Positions 27,201-41,216 of a DNA stretch of 64,000 nt are shown piece by piece (the first letter of the stretch is position 1; each line of letters begins with the position of its first letter). The position numbers were made by a program, and so were the translations under genes. The stretch spans positions 1 through 64,000 of the forward strand of contig JALMLS010000309.1 of the NCBI GenBank assembly GCA_038496445.1, given 5' to 3'. Source of the stretch: Trichosphaerium sp. ATCC 40318. Its lineage: Eukaryota; Protista; Tubulinea. The notes below the pieces were generated by a model, which was not told the origin of the DNA, ran no database searches, and worked only from the letters and a program-made list of their open reading frames with translations.

Positions 27201-29310
27201 TTTCACCTTCACCTAACATATATTTAACACTTTGGATACAAACAATGGAAGAAGGAGGAGCGGTAAAGCAAGTTTTGGCTCGAAGAAGCCAAATTGAATA
27301 GAGTTTGTACCTGAACCTTCAGCGATTAGGTTGAGCAAGTTGTTGGCAACCTCATCTTGTACAAGATCTCCACCTGTAAGGAATACTCTGTTCATTGTGT
27401 CAATAAACCATTCAGTATCTGGCGAATAGCGCTCAGCAAGTGATACAATTCTTGAAACGAGTTCTTGTCTTAGGTATGTATCCGAAGTCTTTTGCAAATG
27501 TTGTACTAGTTTCTCTGATACAAATGTCACGTTATGAGGGTTCGTCATACGGTAGAGAAGGTCAAGAGTCTAATTCAAATAAGGGCGTGAGAACCGAAAA
27601 AGAATAGAAGACAAAAACATTTGGGCTTCGAAGTGGAAAGAGTAAACATACTTTACGTTGAATAGTTTCATCTGGATCACGCAAGCATTTGATGACACGT
27701 AGTTGATGCTCAACAGCATATTTTGGATTAATTGAAACAATGATGGTGAGAAGTGTCAATCCAAGGTATTTAAGGTTGTGTGCCGGACTCATCAAAAACC
27801 GAGAGATACTAGATACAAAAATGAGCAAAAAAACTTCGAAAATGAAAATGTCACCTTTGTGCTGCGGCATCTAGAAGTGTAGGGTTTGGATATATTGTGG
27901 CAATGGCTGATACACATTCGTATATAACCATATTACCAGAATTAAGGCCATTATTGGCACGTTTCATTGTGTCAAGGATAACCTCGTACATGTTGTGGCT
28001 AGCACTAAAATTGTTGTTAGAATTACATAAATAACACCACCCACGCACGTTCTATCATTTGCTCCTAGTACAGCAAGGATCTTCAATATCTTAACTTGGG
28101 TCCAAGGTGCTTGAATACGATGGTACACATAATCTTGGGATAGACGATATTCGATAACCTAACAGGATGTCATCGACCAGACTTTCATTAAAGTAACATA
28201 AAAAGTGTCACTTTACCTGCTTGAGAATACAGACAAAAGAAGGAATTAGATCTTTATACTTTCTTGGGTTTTTCTTGGATAGATATAAAAATACATCAAG
28301 GGCGGCATCCATAACAGAAGGATCTCTGAGATAAAATTAAAAAAAAAGGACTGAAATAAAAGAGTGTCACATACGGATCACAAAGAGCTTTTCTGAATTT
28401 ATCCTGAAGTTGATTCTCAAGAGCTGGTTGTCTTGTTAACATTCTATAGAATGCTAGTACAACCTTTTTACGTATGTATGCCCTAACACACATGGTTAAC
28501 AGAAGTGTCATGACATGATTTTTGGGTGCACAGTCTTACTTCTCATGGTCGAAGACATCAATTACGTAGGATATAATAGCATCAATAGTCTCTTCGTTCA
28601 TGAGGTTGGCGATTGCATTTAAAGCTGCTGCAACGTGCATGTGGTTTGAGCTTTTTAGATCCTACAAAGTGTGTAAGCGTAAGGTACGAGTAAATAGAGC
28701 GTGAACAGGGCATTAGATGTTAAATTACTTACTCTGTGCAGCGAACCAACAATCAAAACTAAGAGCTCGTGTTCTTCGTGAATACATAGGTTAATAGCCA
28801 AATACCCTGTTTTGGGTTTGTGTAAGCGATTTTTTATTTGAAACGTTGCCTAGTTTGCGTACCGACTCGCTTCTCTAGTATACTGTTGCTTTGAGTCATA
28901 TTGAACGCATGTATGTACGCTTTGGGAACAGGGACGCCAAGCATTTCGCAATAGATCAGACGCACTAAATACTCTTTCATATGCACCTGGATACGTTAGT
29001 TTTGAACGTAGGTCACAATTCAGGGCACCTTCGCAGAAGCTTGCCCAATTTTAACTTTCAGTTCCGTAGCTTCCTTTTCTATGACGCGTGCTTCCTCTTG
29101 CTTAGATTTAGCCTCTCCAATCTGTTTCAATAGGTCAAAAAACTCTTTTGAAACGCCAGCAGCGCCAAGTTGCGTTAACCAACTAGCAACACCAGTTTTA
29201 ACAAACTTTAGAGCGTTGTTTATCTTAACATTTGGTGCGTCTTTAGAGCTACCGTTGCTATTGCCATTAGACCTGCTAGGCGCATCCTGAGGAGGAAATG
29301 CGTTAGCCAT
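24232..29310 (-). CDS. AP4E1: AP-4 complex subunit epsilon, multi-exon
   Basis: SKEFFDLLKQIGEAKSKQEE, MKEYLVRLIYCEMLG, HRIQAPWTQVKILKILAVLG, NLKYLGL, AERYSPDTEWFIDTMN, IAWVLGEY, followed by a long hinge and ear domain. Confidence 0.93.
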
Positions 29311-29454
29311 GCTTTGTACTGTCTGTTTAGTAGTGTAATTTGGTCAGTTAAGGACTCTTTGTTCCCAATTCATAAGACTTCTCTATGGTTCGACCATAAT
29401 GCATTTTATGGTTTATCAATACGATTGGTTGTTTTGTACAAAATGTTTACACTG

Positions 29455-29880
29455 TTAATCCAAAAGCAATCCGCTAGACGAAGGTACACGCTGGGAAGCG
29501 CGAGCAACGGCTGTACGAGCCAAGAAACCCTGCGCTACCTCACCTACAAAATACGTAAGCTGTAAAACAGCCTGAAACCGCTCAGTTTGGGGATCGCAAA
29601 ACTCCACGAGTACAAAAAGTGTCAAATTCTGATTGTGTTGATGAAAAGTAATTAAATACATTTAAACTAACCGGGAATAGTACCAAGGAGATTCCTTATT
29701 GCAGAGGCAACGTTTAATGCGGCGGTATTTAAATCCTAAAAAATAGTCGTTACTGTACAATACAGCCTATAGAACAAATACCTGGATGCTAGCGGTTGAA
29801 GCGTTCGGCTCCTCGTCGGTTTGCGTTTGTGTATTTCTTGTTCTAGAAGTACGCGACCGTCGAGTCTGTGACACGCTCAT
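29455..29880 (-). CDS. Predicted 83-aa three-exon protein of unknown function
   Basis: Exons 29880-29782, 29735-29672 and 29543-29455, joined by canonical GT-AG introns in consistent phase. The exons are more GC-rich than their flanks. Confidence 0.6.
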
Positions 29881-30032
29881 GGGACCTGCGCCACTAGTTA
29901 TGGACTCTAGTTTCCATCCCATCTACAGTCTGTCCAAAAAAATGTGAAATTGACTCTCGCTTACTTTGTCGTTTAGCAAATTCGCTGTTGTTTCTGACCT
30001 TCCGCACTGTACTATATTTTTTTAAACCAATC

Positions 30033-30965
30033 ATGAGACCATTAACGGAGGAAGAAACTAAGATTTTTTTTGAGAAACTAGCCAAATTGTACTGGATTAC
30101 TTTAATTATGCGTAACTAATACGTGTTTTAGCATTGGTAGAAATATACAATATTTAATAGACAGAAAAGACGAAAAATGGGTATTTAGAGAGCACCTCGA
30201 GCGTATATATTATATACCGTACGTATTTCCGCCACTTAGTACAAATTACCCACTTTTTCTTATTAGAGAGCGTCTACTAAGTTCTGCATTTCAAATTCCA
30301 CGCAAAGAACTTCTATCTGCCGGTGTTTGCTTTGGTAAAATTACAAAATCAAAAAAATTTACATTGCACGTAACATGCCTTGACATTCTTGCCCGATACG
30401 CCTTGGTACGTTTGATTATAACCCTCTGATTCTTTTTATTTTATAATGGACTTGAACGTTACATTTCAGAAAATGCATCCACTTTTTTTGTCACTTCTTT
30501 TTCGTTGTTGTGCCACATGCTAACTCACGTGGTATCATGTTTAGTACAAAGTATGGATAAAATCATCTGCTGAGCTATCATTCCTTTACGGAAATCATAT
30601 TCTTAAAGCTGGTATGGGTAGAATTACAGAAGCCACACCAAGGTAAGTTTTTTACTTTCACAATTTTTTAATTAGTATTCCTGTCCACTTAGTTGTGACT
30701 TATTTACGTCTATTGTTCTCACAATAATATAACTAATTGGTTGCATAGGTACCAAGGTGTTGTAGTATACTCAATGAGTGACATTCCATTGGGTACGTCA
30801 AATCATAGAATTAAAAAAAACCCAAAAGTATTAATTTGTATTGCAGGTTTCGGTGTCACAGCGCGATCAACTGCTGAATGCAGGGCCGTAGGTGCAACAG
30901 AAATTGTATGTTTCCATCAAGCAGATCTTGGTGAATACCTAAGAGAAGAGCAATCTCTTGTATAG
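30033..30965 (+). CDS. NIP7: 60S ribosome biogenesis protein NIP7
   Basis: [72 protein letters not shown]. Confidence 0.96.
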
Positions 30966-31192
30966 GACTGTAAATTAAATACGTTTATCAAAATCAATTT
31001 TCGATAAATCCCTTTTTGTTTAATGGAATCAGGGCTTACAGAGCCTCTCAGTGTATAATAGTTGAAAGGAACTAATAGTAGAAGATGTGTCAAGGTATTT
31101 GTGATGCTTCTAGAAGCTTCTTTTAGCTTCCTCAAGGAGCTGTCGCGTTCGTTGAAAAAAAAAGGTTTAAGTTCATTTTGTACATATTTAAA

Positions 31193-32084
31193 ATGGCCTC
31201 ACAACAAATCCCTGTGCGTAATTTATTCGGTGGAGCTATTCAATGCTTTGTTCCACCAGGTTGGCAAGATGTTAGGTAATTTTTATTGTATGTTAGCTTA
31301 CAACACTCTAATACATGCCAAAGTGATTTCAGAGAAGTACCAAACAACCAAGAGGTATTCACAGACGTCGACACGGGTACGCTGAAGTAAAAAATGTATA
31401 AATTCCGCCAGCGACACTCCCTACGCATCTAAAATCCATAAACAAAGTTCCCATGGCGTAAGTATTTACTAATTAATATTTTAGATCAAAGCATCATAGT
31501 AGAGCTTTTAGAGTACAGAAATGACGCCTCAGACCAAGCAGCAGGAAAATTTTATTTTGACAACCTCGCTGAAGAGAATGACTGCGCTGACGGCGAATCT
31601 ACAATCTCAACAAACGCTATACTAACACCAGCACACATGCCACAAATACCGTACGCTTTTAATCAAAAAAACGGATCGTACCTCGTTTTCCTCCTCTTCT
31701 TACTTCACCACAGCGCAGAAGCAACTAAGATAATGGTATCTGGAACACAGAATATTGCAAAGTTTAAGGAGCAAGCGAAAAATACGGTAAACTTCAAGTT
31801 TTCTCTTTGAGGACACTCAAGAGTGTTTTTTGTTGTTTTAGTTGAGTTAATGAATCTAATTGTATGTTTAGATACAAGTATACCTTGCTGTTGTACGCCT
31901 TGCGAACGTTACATGCGATATAATCATCACATTATGCACACCAGTTCAGATAAATCCGGATAGTAGCAGTGCTCGCTCAGCAGAAAAAATATTATCTCAA
32001 GAAGAGTGTCAAACTCTATTTACTGGTTTATTACAATCATTTACTATAAAAGATTGGGGACTATGGGGACCCACAGCGAACTAG
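31193..32084 (+). CDS. MOG1: Ran guanine nucleotide release factor Mog1
   Basis: RNLFGGAIQC, DVSDFREVPNNQEVF, DQSIIVELLE, QNIAKFKE, SFTIKDWGLWG. Absent from the ORF track because the exons are short. Confidence 0.92.
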
Positions 32085-32500
32085 AAAAGTAAAAAAATTT
32101 CACAGTAAAAACAAATTTGTAAATGATCACTTCTGCTGTCAAGTATGCCTTTATTGAGGCTTCCCTGATTGCTATCATGCTCGTGTTTTGTTAGTAGACA
32201 ATTTTGATTGTACTTTCAATACATTGCTTTAGTACGCTTGGACAAGGGTGATTCTCTGAGAGAGAAATACAAAAATAAAATGCAATTCTGTCTAATCAGT
32301 TTTGCAACAGAATACTTTGAAACCGCGAAAGCAAGTTTTTATTTTTATTTTAATACTTCAGAAGAAGGTTTTTTTTTTGTTCAAATATTTGAAGAAGAAT
32401 TTGGTTTCAATCCGATTTATTTACACAACACGCTGTTGATGCTTGTATTTTTTTTTCAATAAAGTTACATATATTCGAAAGTTCGCTAACCAGCAAATAT

Positions 32501-35180
32501 TTAATGACACGTTTGATACCCAATGAGCGTAGCATGAGTATTAATTGGATGGTTGTAAGTTGTTTGTAGACAAACTTCAGTTCCTGTTTCGAGTCTAACG
32601 TATAGAGGAACCTCAGCAGGTAAGCTTGGAATATCAAACTTATCATTGAAAATTCTTATTTTAAGTTCTGGTGTATTTGTATCAAGGTCCTTCAAAGTGA
32701 CCTTATTAAAACCATCTCTGTATATCCATCGCTACAAAAAAGTTTAGAAACAAGTCACAAGCTTCAGAGGTCCTCAACGAAAAGAAAAAACGTACTGTGA
32801 GTACACCGTTGGTGTAATAAGGTGTCCAGTTGTTACTCCATGATTCAAAATCAAAGAGACCAATGCTACCGAGATCTGGATTGTACAATGCGAGTGATAG
32901 GTAACTATCCGTCTGCAAGTCTCCAAAATCTATGACATCATCGAACTCCATTGTTAATTGTAAGTATAGACTATTGACGATGATAATAGAATTGTCACAA
33001 GAACTCAAACACCTCGCTAATAAAAAATGAGAATGAAAAAAGAATTGATTAATTTTGAACTATTGAGGTTACCTCCTACTCCTGTACTGATATCCCATGA
33101 TCTCTTGAACATTCCTGTTGGATCAAACCTTTGTTTAATATCTTCTAGACGAGGCAAGTTTGTTCCCAAAGCATCAAACTCGCGACCGAACTTAATCGTG
33201 TTTAAGTTACCATAGTATCCTCGGTTTTCTGCCAATGAAGTCAATCGTGTCGCAATGTCATCGTACAATGCTCTGCCAGCATCGAAATCAGGTGTATTCC
33301 TGTACGAGGTCCAATAACCCCACATGAACCCGAACTCGCGAGAGAAAAATGCAGTTTCGTCACTAGGAATTGCTGCTACTCTGCCGCCAGCAAGCGCAAG
33401 TTCGCCTTGTTGTCCGATGAGAAGTGGATTGTCTAGATCGTAACCTTCCATGTAAATGTCTACGAGGCTGTCGATGAGACCAGGTGCGCTTAGACGCTCT
33501 TCAGAGACCATACCGTGACGGAAATACCCTGGTAAAAGAGTGTAAGAAGGTGGAAAAAAAGGTAAGACTCTTTTTTTGTACCTTGGAGGTTGTTCACGAA
33601 TCTGAATGTTATGAGTGAACTTTCAAAGTTATACAAGTGATAATCATTGTATGATTGTGGGAAAAGTGGTGGATCTACAGTTGAGAGGAACTCCGGGTAA
33701 ACATCAATTGCATCAACATTTATAAGAGGTAATAATCTTTGTTTTTTTTGAGCAACAGTGTCATCTCCAAAAAAGATTATCTCCAGATGACATCTTATAA
33801 ATCTTCTTGATCTCTCACGTCTTATATTAATACGTGCCATAAAATTATCATCATTGACAAGATCACTTATTTGATTGACGTTATTGTACCAATCTTTAAG
33901 GAAACTTCCAGCTAATTCTGTAGTATTAAAGTCCCAAAAAATACGTCCTCCGTAGAAGTTGCTTGTAGGAAATACTTTAGCACGGAATCTAGTAGCTATA
34001 CCGTAAGCAGGAAGAGCTCCTCTAGCAGCGAAATAGAGATCACTGTTTTGGTTTGCGTTCGCAATCTTAACGTCTCCATTCGCTAGAACAATTTCGTATT
34101 CAATGAGGGTATCAGAACCAAGCCCTTGTGTCCTCGTGAACGCTCCGAAGCCACCGTATGAAAAAAATCCGCCTGTTCCAATAGTAGGGCAATTTCCTTG
34201 GACTTGTCCAAGGTTGAATGGTGCGAGCGCAGTCGACAAGTTACCAGAGAGAACGCCTATCGCAAAAAAGATTTAGGAACTTTTTGGATTTTTTTTGTGG
34301 AGAAGAAAAGATTTCGGAAATTTTTGTGAGTTTTTATTAGCTCGGACGTACCTGGTTCGAAGTCTACCATCTCCTGGCCAACGTTAACGTTAATATTAGT
34401 CATTAAAGAAAATTCAACTTGAATGCCGTCAACAGGGAAAGAGAAACCATCATTCGAGTGTCCTCCTACGGAGAAGATTAAGTTTACTTTCAACTAATTT
34501 GAGCTAAAAGTAGTATCGGCGTAAACTAAAACTCCACGTATTTTCCTATTTTCCGTAGCCAGAAAATAAACATTTCCAGAGCTGTAGCTCTTAATACGTA
34601 CCTGAGAGAGCAGTAACTTCGGGTATATTATGTAGATTAGCAAACTGCATGACTTTTGAGACATCCTGTGTATTCATTGGCTGTACAATAGCACGTGGTT
34701 GATCAGGTGGAACATCATTAGGTAGGCGAAGTACGAAATCTCTACATTTCAAGTTAGGCACTTCAACCTTTTTTACCTCACGTGATTTTGTGTTTTAGGC
34801 CACCACTACGCGGTAGCTATAATTATGGGCACGTGAACCCAAAAACAAACAAAAAAGCTTCGCAAACTCCAAATAGGTAAACAACTTTCTGAATTTATCA
34901 AAAAAAAATCATTTAATAGATAAAGTGTCACGTGATGCTTGAGCTTTTAAAAAAACCAAAAACTTCATAAGTGAATTTTATGTAATCTAAATGATCATGT
35001 ATACCTTATTGCGTCATATGCTGCCGTTCCAGGGAGCAGAACATTGCCCATAATATCATTTTGGAGGTCGGTCCAAGGTTGAGCTGATACCAATGTTACA
35101 AAGGCGATAACAAACACCTGAAATGTCTGTTAGGGTATAGTGGTGTGTATAGAACTTACTGTAAGAAGAGTTGTTGCCAT
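32501..35180 (-). CDS. Secreted FAD-linked oxidase (VAO/berberine-bridge-enzyme family) with an extra C-terminal domain
   Basis: Signal peptide; PRAIVQP, SGGHS, GNCPTIGTGGF..GGFG, EIVLANG, DLYFAARG; BBE-type tail NLPRLEDIKQRFDP; two further exons after it. Confidence 0.88.
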
Positions 35181-35660
35181 GCGTTTATTGTAAGGTTAAT
35201 AATGGGATTGGTTTGGATGTATTCCATGTGATTTTATCAGATAGTAGGAAAATATACCACCTGATCCGTCACCTCTCGAGAAGGCTGTAGAAGAATCACA
35301 TCTGATTGAGCATACATTGCACGCAAATAGTTGTAAATCACGCGCTTAGGATTGTTACGAAGGTTTTTTGCTCGTGATATTTAAACGAACTTTGTCGCCA
35401 TAATTTCAGAATGTCAGACAAATAAGAACTACAATAAGCAACAGTACTTCATGCAGACGGTATTAATTAGTTAATTTAGGATCTCCTAATACACACAGAA
35501 ATTTACAATAACGCAACTTTGTTCAGTTTCGTGCTAGTGAGCATGGTTTCAGAATTTAAGACGTTTTAAAAAAAAAACATGGTGTCCCAAATAGAAACTA
35601 AAATAAAAGCCCAAATAAGACGCCACTGCCTTGACAGTTTTTTTATTTTTGGAGCATTTA

Positions 35661-37972
35661 TTATACACTTACCGCCTACACACACTATGAATATTGTTAT
35701 CGTACAATACTTTTTGTTTGCAGACATTGCCGCACAGCAATTTCTAAAGATCTACATACCTTTAGAAAACAGGAAAACAGAAAAACAGTGAAACAGGTCA
35801 TAGAAAAGGAGAAACATAGCGTTCGGGAGATTAAAGAAACGACCGAAAAAAAAGTTTGTGTTACTATAAACGCACACAGTCGAACGTAACGGACAAAATA
35901 AAAAAAAATCCCACAAAGTTTTAGGTTTGGTTTTTTTTTTCGCCAATTTTTTTGCTTACCTTTGCTTTGATTTCTTTGCCAAGGTGCTAAACTTATCCCA
36001 ATCCCAATAGAAATTAGGATACAACAGGCCAAGAGCGGTGGGGAAATGTGGAATGAACCCATAACCGCCAACTTGACATAGAGTCTTTGATGAAATGCGA
36101 TACCTAAGAAACAAGTCAATGCAAAAAAAAGATCAAGTTAACTGCACAAAGGTTTCAATAATCTTGTAAAACCTCCAATGTGCGTTCACGTAACAGCTCG
36201 CCGTGTTTTTTATTTTACGTACCACTCTTGTACGGAATGTATCTTGAAACGGTTTCTCACGTGCTCCAGGAACCTCACTTGAGTGCTATGATGATCCCAA
36301 CCTCTTTTTCTTTTGAATTTATCTTTTTTGTTTCGTTGTTTCGGGACAACACGTGTTTGTTCGGGATAAAGTCTCTCAATCATATTTACTACGCCACCAT
36401 ACTTTCCAACGATATTTTTAAGTCCAACATCGTTGATAATATCAGAAGGTAGCTCAAACAGCTCTGAGGTTGTAGAAACGCCTAGTTTTTTGCTTGCTTC
36501 GTTTACAACACGCTGTTGGTTCGAAGAGTCGGTCCAATAACCGCTTGGTGCTTGTCTACGAAGGGGTTTAGGGAAGCTACGAGTTTTGTTGTAAAACGCA
36601 CGTGAACGAATGAGGTGACCAAGAGTAATTTGGGTAGATGTACATCAAGCATTTTGCAAGAGAATCGCCATACCTGTTTATTGTAACTATTTCATGTTTT
36701 ACTACCTAAGTGCATACTCTTTTAAAATATCTGATCCACTAAACCGTTGTACGTCTTTGGTCGTTTTTGAATACCAGCCACCCAAATGAGTTATCTCAAG
36801 TTTGCGTGCAATATCATTCAAAACTTCTTGTTGGTATCTTCTACTTTGTTTTTGTTTACTTATTGAATAAGCCGCACTAATGTAAGAGAAATGTAAGTGT
36901 AACTCCGAACGAGCAGTAATCATACCTAAAATTGTCTTCCCAGTTATGGCCAGGATAAACTGTTTGCATAAAGTCAAACATTGACGTGAACCTAGCCACA
37001 AGTTAATATCAACGTTATACACTTTGAAAGACAGAAAATAAAGTCGTTGATTACACATTAATATTGCAATAGTCATGAAGTCGTTGTCGTGATACGTTAT
37101 ACCAGTCATCAAATATTTTGACTCCTAGCATCTCACCTGCTTTATTCATAGCACGTTGTTGGTCAGACAATTCATACCAAAATCGCTTTGGTGAAAAACT
37201 ACAAAAAAAGTAAGTCTCTTAGCGTCAGCTCGTAGTATCCATACCTGAACGATCCTGGATCCCATGTGTGACTTGGATATAATGCCTTCAGGCACTCTAA
37301 CAAAGAACTTTTGTACCTAGGAACCAAGTTAGACAATTGCAAACCGGATAAGTCCAGAGCAAAGAAAAACAGTACATATTCATTAGAGTGCTACCCACGT
37401 GATTTGTCACATGTACATGTGTAACTTGGTACCAATCATTAAGAACCTTGATACCTAATTTTTCACCAACCTCATCCATAGCCCATAATTGGTTACTGAC
37501 TTTATCCCAAAAACCTTGTGGTGCGCTGCTAAAGTTGACATATTGTTAGTACTTGTGTTGTTTAAAAAAACAATCTTTTTGCTTTTTTGTTATTAAACGC
37601 ACCTAAAGAACCATGGTTTCCATTCAAACTCAGGATAAAGCGTTTGTATACATTTAGAGAGGGAATTACCATAACTAGGGCGGTGTCAAGTCAATTTGCT
37701 TGAGATTATTTAACAGCGTAAGGCAAGACCAAATACTGTAGTTTCAAGCGTAGAAACGCCGTTTGAAACGTTTTTTTGACATACCTGTCAATGATTTTGG
37801 TTATAATAGCGTATTTACGCGCGTCATCATGGGTAATGAGGTACCAAGCGTTATAGGTTTTAATGCTTAGTTTTTTCGCTAGTTTGTCAAAGTAATAACG
37901 TTGTTTTTGTATTTTTGCGGCTTTTGATGCCAATTGGTGCCGTTTAAGCATTCCATAGTTAATTGACCTCAT
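35661..37972 (-). CDS. Protein with about six ~70-aa Trp/Tyr-patterned helical repeats
   Basis: Repeat consensus FW...NQ.....LG.....WY.V......Y..SL...L..LYP...W.P..F, ending KFSTLAKKSKQR. The 3' end is uncertain (35661 or 35697). Confidence 0.75.
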
Positions 37973-38348
37973 TAACGCCAGATTTAGCCGTTCATATTTA
38001 AATTTATGCTATAATATCCTATTGGCGCTCTGTTGAATCGATTAGAATCAATTGATTATGTTGTTTCGTTATACCAAGGCTAGAATACGCGTTGACACCA
38101 TTCCAACAGAGCAACACTTGCTGTTGAGGCTAAAATTGTTTTCAAAACAATTCACGTGTTACCGCGCTTAGCTAAGTGCTCCTTATACGCTTTGTAGGTG
38201 ATTGCAGGTAATACGTATACTACTAAAGTACCCTTCAAGCCAATACATACTGAAAATTCGTTTTGGCCTCTACAACTGTTGTACTCTCATATATTGTTCG
38301 TCTAGAGATCAATAAATTGTACAAACAAGCTTGAAAGTAATTAAACAA

Positions 38349-40413
38349 ATGGAAAAAATGGTACGAGGGTAGTACACGCATAGTGTAACTTGTGATAGGA
38401 AGCTACGCTCACTAAAACAACTCAAGAAAATTTGGCGCTTGCTGAAGAGCTTAAAAACGCCATAAAGTCGCCAAAGTACTTTTCATCGGATCTACAACCT
38501 TCAGAAATCGCGTTAATAGACGCTAATCCAAAATTAACGGAAGAGACTAATCTGGCGTTCGCATTGATTCAAAAACGATGTAAAGAACTTGTCAAAGAGA
38601 TTGAAAAGGTAAACGGCTTTATTTCACGTTTTTCTCGTTTCTTTTATTTCCAACGTTTTTGTAAAATGGGTCTACGATACCTCTGGTATACTAGTTACCC
38701 TCGCAACTCGTGTTTGGAGTATTTAGAATTTAACGGCAAAACAAACTGGTGACACTCGACCAAACTCTCATGAAACGCTCTTATTACTCGTTAAATACTC
38801 ATCCCTTGCGGTTTTTAAACAAATCTATTGTATCTAACTCTGTTTACACAGAAACGGGCACAACTATCAAAAAATAATGAAAAAGAACTTCTAAAAAATG
38901 CGCCAAAAAAAAAGGTACTCGAGTTTACTATTATTTATCATTTGACACGTGATTAAAATTTTGAAAAAAAAATAGTTACGAGTGAAGTTTCTTGAGGCTA
39001 AGATACAACGTCTTGCATCAGAGATACAAGTACTCGATAAACCTATTGAGTTTGATGGTACGATAATACCTTGATTTTTCTTCTTTTTTTTCATCTTTGT
39101 TTTGTAAGCACAGTACAGTTCTATTGTTAATTCTCTCGTTGTAAGTATCACCTATATGTTGTGTACCATCATTTATAACTTTATGGTTGTACAATGACAA
39201 GTCAAGTTGATTTTCTTTCATTAAAAGTTTACACCTTTTTTTTTGGGAGTCGTACGACGTTTAGATTTCTTATTACTCTTGTAGCTCCAGTGGAAAGTAA
39301 TCATGTTATTCTAAGAGCGCGTATACGTGCTGAGGCAGATAGTAGTATTGAACAATATGATGTTGCAATAGACGACATTAAACAACGGATAGCACAGGTA
39401 CCTTTCCTTGCAACAAAAACCTTTCGAAAACAGAAAAACCTCACCAACAAGACGAACATAAAACTTCTCTTTACATTTTGACCATAGAATAATATTAAAA
39501 TCATTCAATCCATTTACACATCTCTTCTACCTCGTCATTTACTCACAGGCTATTTTTAGAAAAAGAAAAAATGTGATGATGGTAAACGTCTTATGGAAGA
39601 ACTTAAAATGATCAACCAAGGCTTACAAGAGCTTCTTGTGCAACAATCATCTGATATGCAAGACACCAAACCTAAAAGAACGTGAGTAAACAAACAAACA
39701 AATTATATTGCCTATTGGTTCTTCTACCCATTAAAAAGAAGTCGCTCACTCTTTCTTTTTTTTGTTAGTTTCGAGGACATACACAAAGAAAAGATTAAGC
39801 TTCTTGATGAATCTAACGCTGTTCTAACAAAGCGAATGACAGATTTTATGGATGAACATTTTCCTGAAAGAACAGTACATGCAAATGAAAGACACAGAGC
39901 TAAGGTAAACACCTTTTCTTGTTTGGTAAAAAATCAATGCAAAAAACATGACTCAAAAACAACAAGACATGTCTTTTTTTCAATTAAATATGGTTTGTCA
40001 CGTGATACACGCAATACATGTGTATGGCTTGATGATGAATAATTCATCGTTTCATGCGTGTAGTAGAATACTAAAGGCAATTTTTTGTAGAGAAGACGAG
40101 TAATAAGGACATCCAATACAATAAATGACGAAGCTGATGATAATCAAGATGACCAAGATAGAACTTATTGCGGTCTCGGACCTATGCTTGAGGTACGTAA
40201 ACATAAAAGTAGTTTGCTATAGAGTCCATACCAGAGTTGACGTTTTTTTCTTAGAAACTCATGAACAAACTTGTTTTGCATCCTGATTCTCCCTGGGTCA
40301 GAATTGAACCTCAATTTTTTCCTCCTTATATAGAGCTATTATTACGTGCTGGTATTGTACTAAAAGATCCGAGAGATTCTTCGATGATAAAGTTGGAGGC
40401 GTTTCATAATTGA
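38349..40413 (+). CDS. CENPK: Centromere protein K
   Basis: Coiled-coil N-terminus, MTDFMDEHFP, and C-terminus LMNKLVLHPDSPWVRIEPQFFPPYIELLLRAGIVLKDPRDSSMIKLEAFHN, matching the remembered CENP-K tail (PPYVELLLRNGIALRHPEDPTRIRLEAFH). Confidence 0.88.
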
Positions 40414-41216
40414 TAAAAGTTTTTTTGGTTTGTAGAAAAAAAAGAAAAAAAAAGAAACATGTTTTTCGTGTACAATAAATAAAAAAGAACAACTCACATC
40501 ATTGACTAGGTTTGTCGATAGAAACTGTAAGCCCAAAATAAGACAATACAAAAGAAATTAGTGCGTTTGAGCACGCAAAATGCACCAAAACTATGAAAGT
40601 CCCCTGAGTTTGGATTTCATTTTTTACGTTGTCATTATTCATTGCCTAAGTATTTTCCATACCTCATGTTTTTTGTGACGGGCGCTGACATGTAATTAAA
40701 ACGATTAGGTTGCTATTGTTATTCAATAAAAACGTGGAACAAAAAAACTGAATACTCGTACTTTATGTGCGTAATTGATGAACTTTAATTGATGAACTTT
40801 AATTTATGGGTAGACTGACCCAGTTGGACTGTTCTGATAATCTATGCTTTACTCATGAGAACAAACATTCTTTATAGGGATGGGATATCCATATAAATTA
40901 GTACCCCTTCTGTATACGTTCTATTGGAAGCTCCCTAGCTGGGAAAGAAACGGTCCTAATTTGGGTCTTCTGCTTTTATGGGGAAGTTGAACGACTTCAG
41001 TTTTTTCGGCTTGAGGTCGTGTTGAACAAATTACACAATGTCTTGTATCTTTGTATATGTGATATATACATTAAGGTGCATGGCTTTCTTTCTTTTTTTC
41101 TGCAACTAGCAAAAGCAGATGCCGTACAATCATCTTTCATTTATTGTTTTACAAACTGTTGTTTTAACACAACATCCAAGGCTTATTATTTGTCTTAGTG
41201 GTGTTGCATCAAATGA

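Noticed and set aside
29460-29920. GC-richer patches as a possible snRNA or other structured RNA
   Set aside because: No U-snRNA, SRP or RNase P motifs recognised; better explained as three coding exons.
40772-40804. 14-bp tandem repeat TAATTGATGAACTT
   Set aside because: Simple local duplication with no evidence of function.
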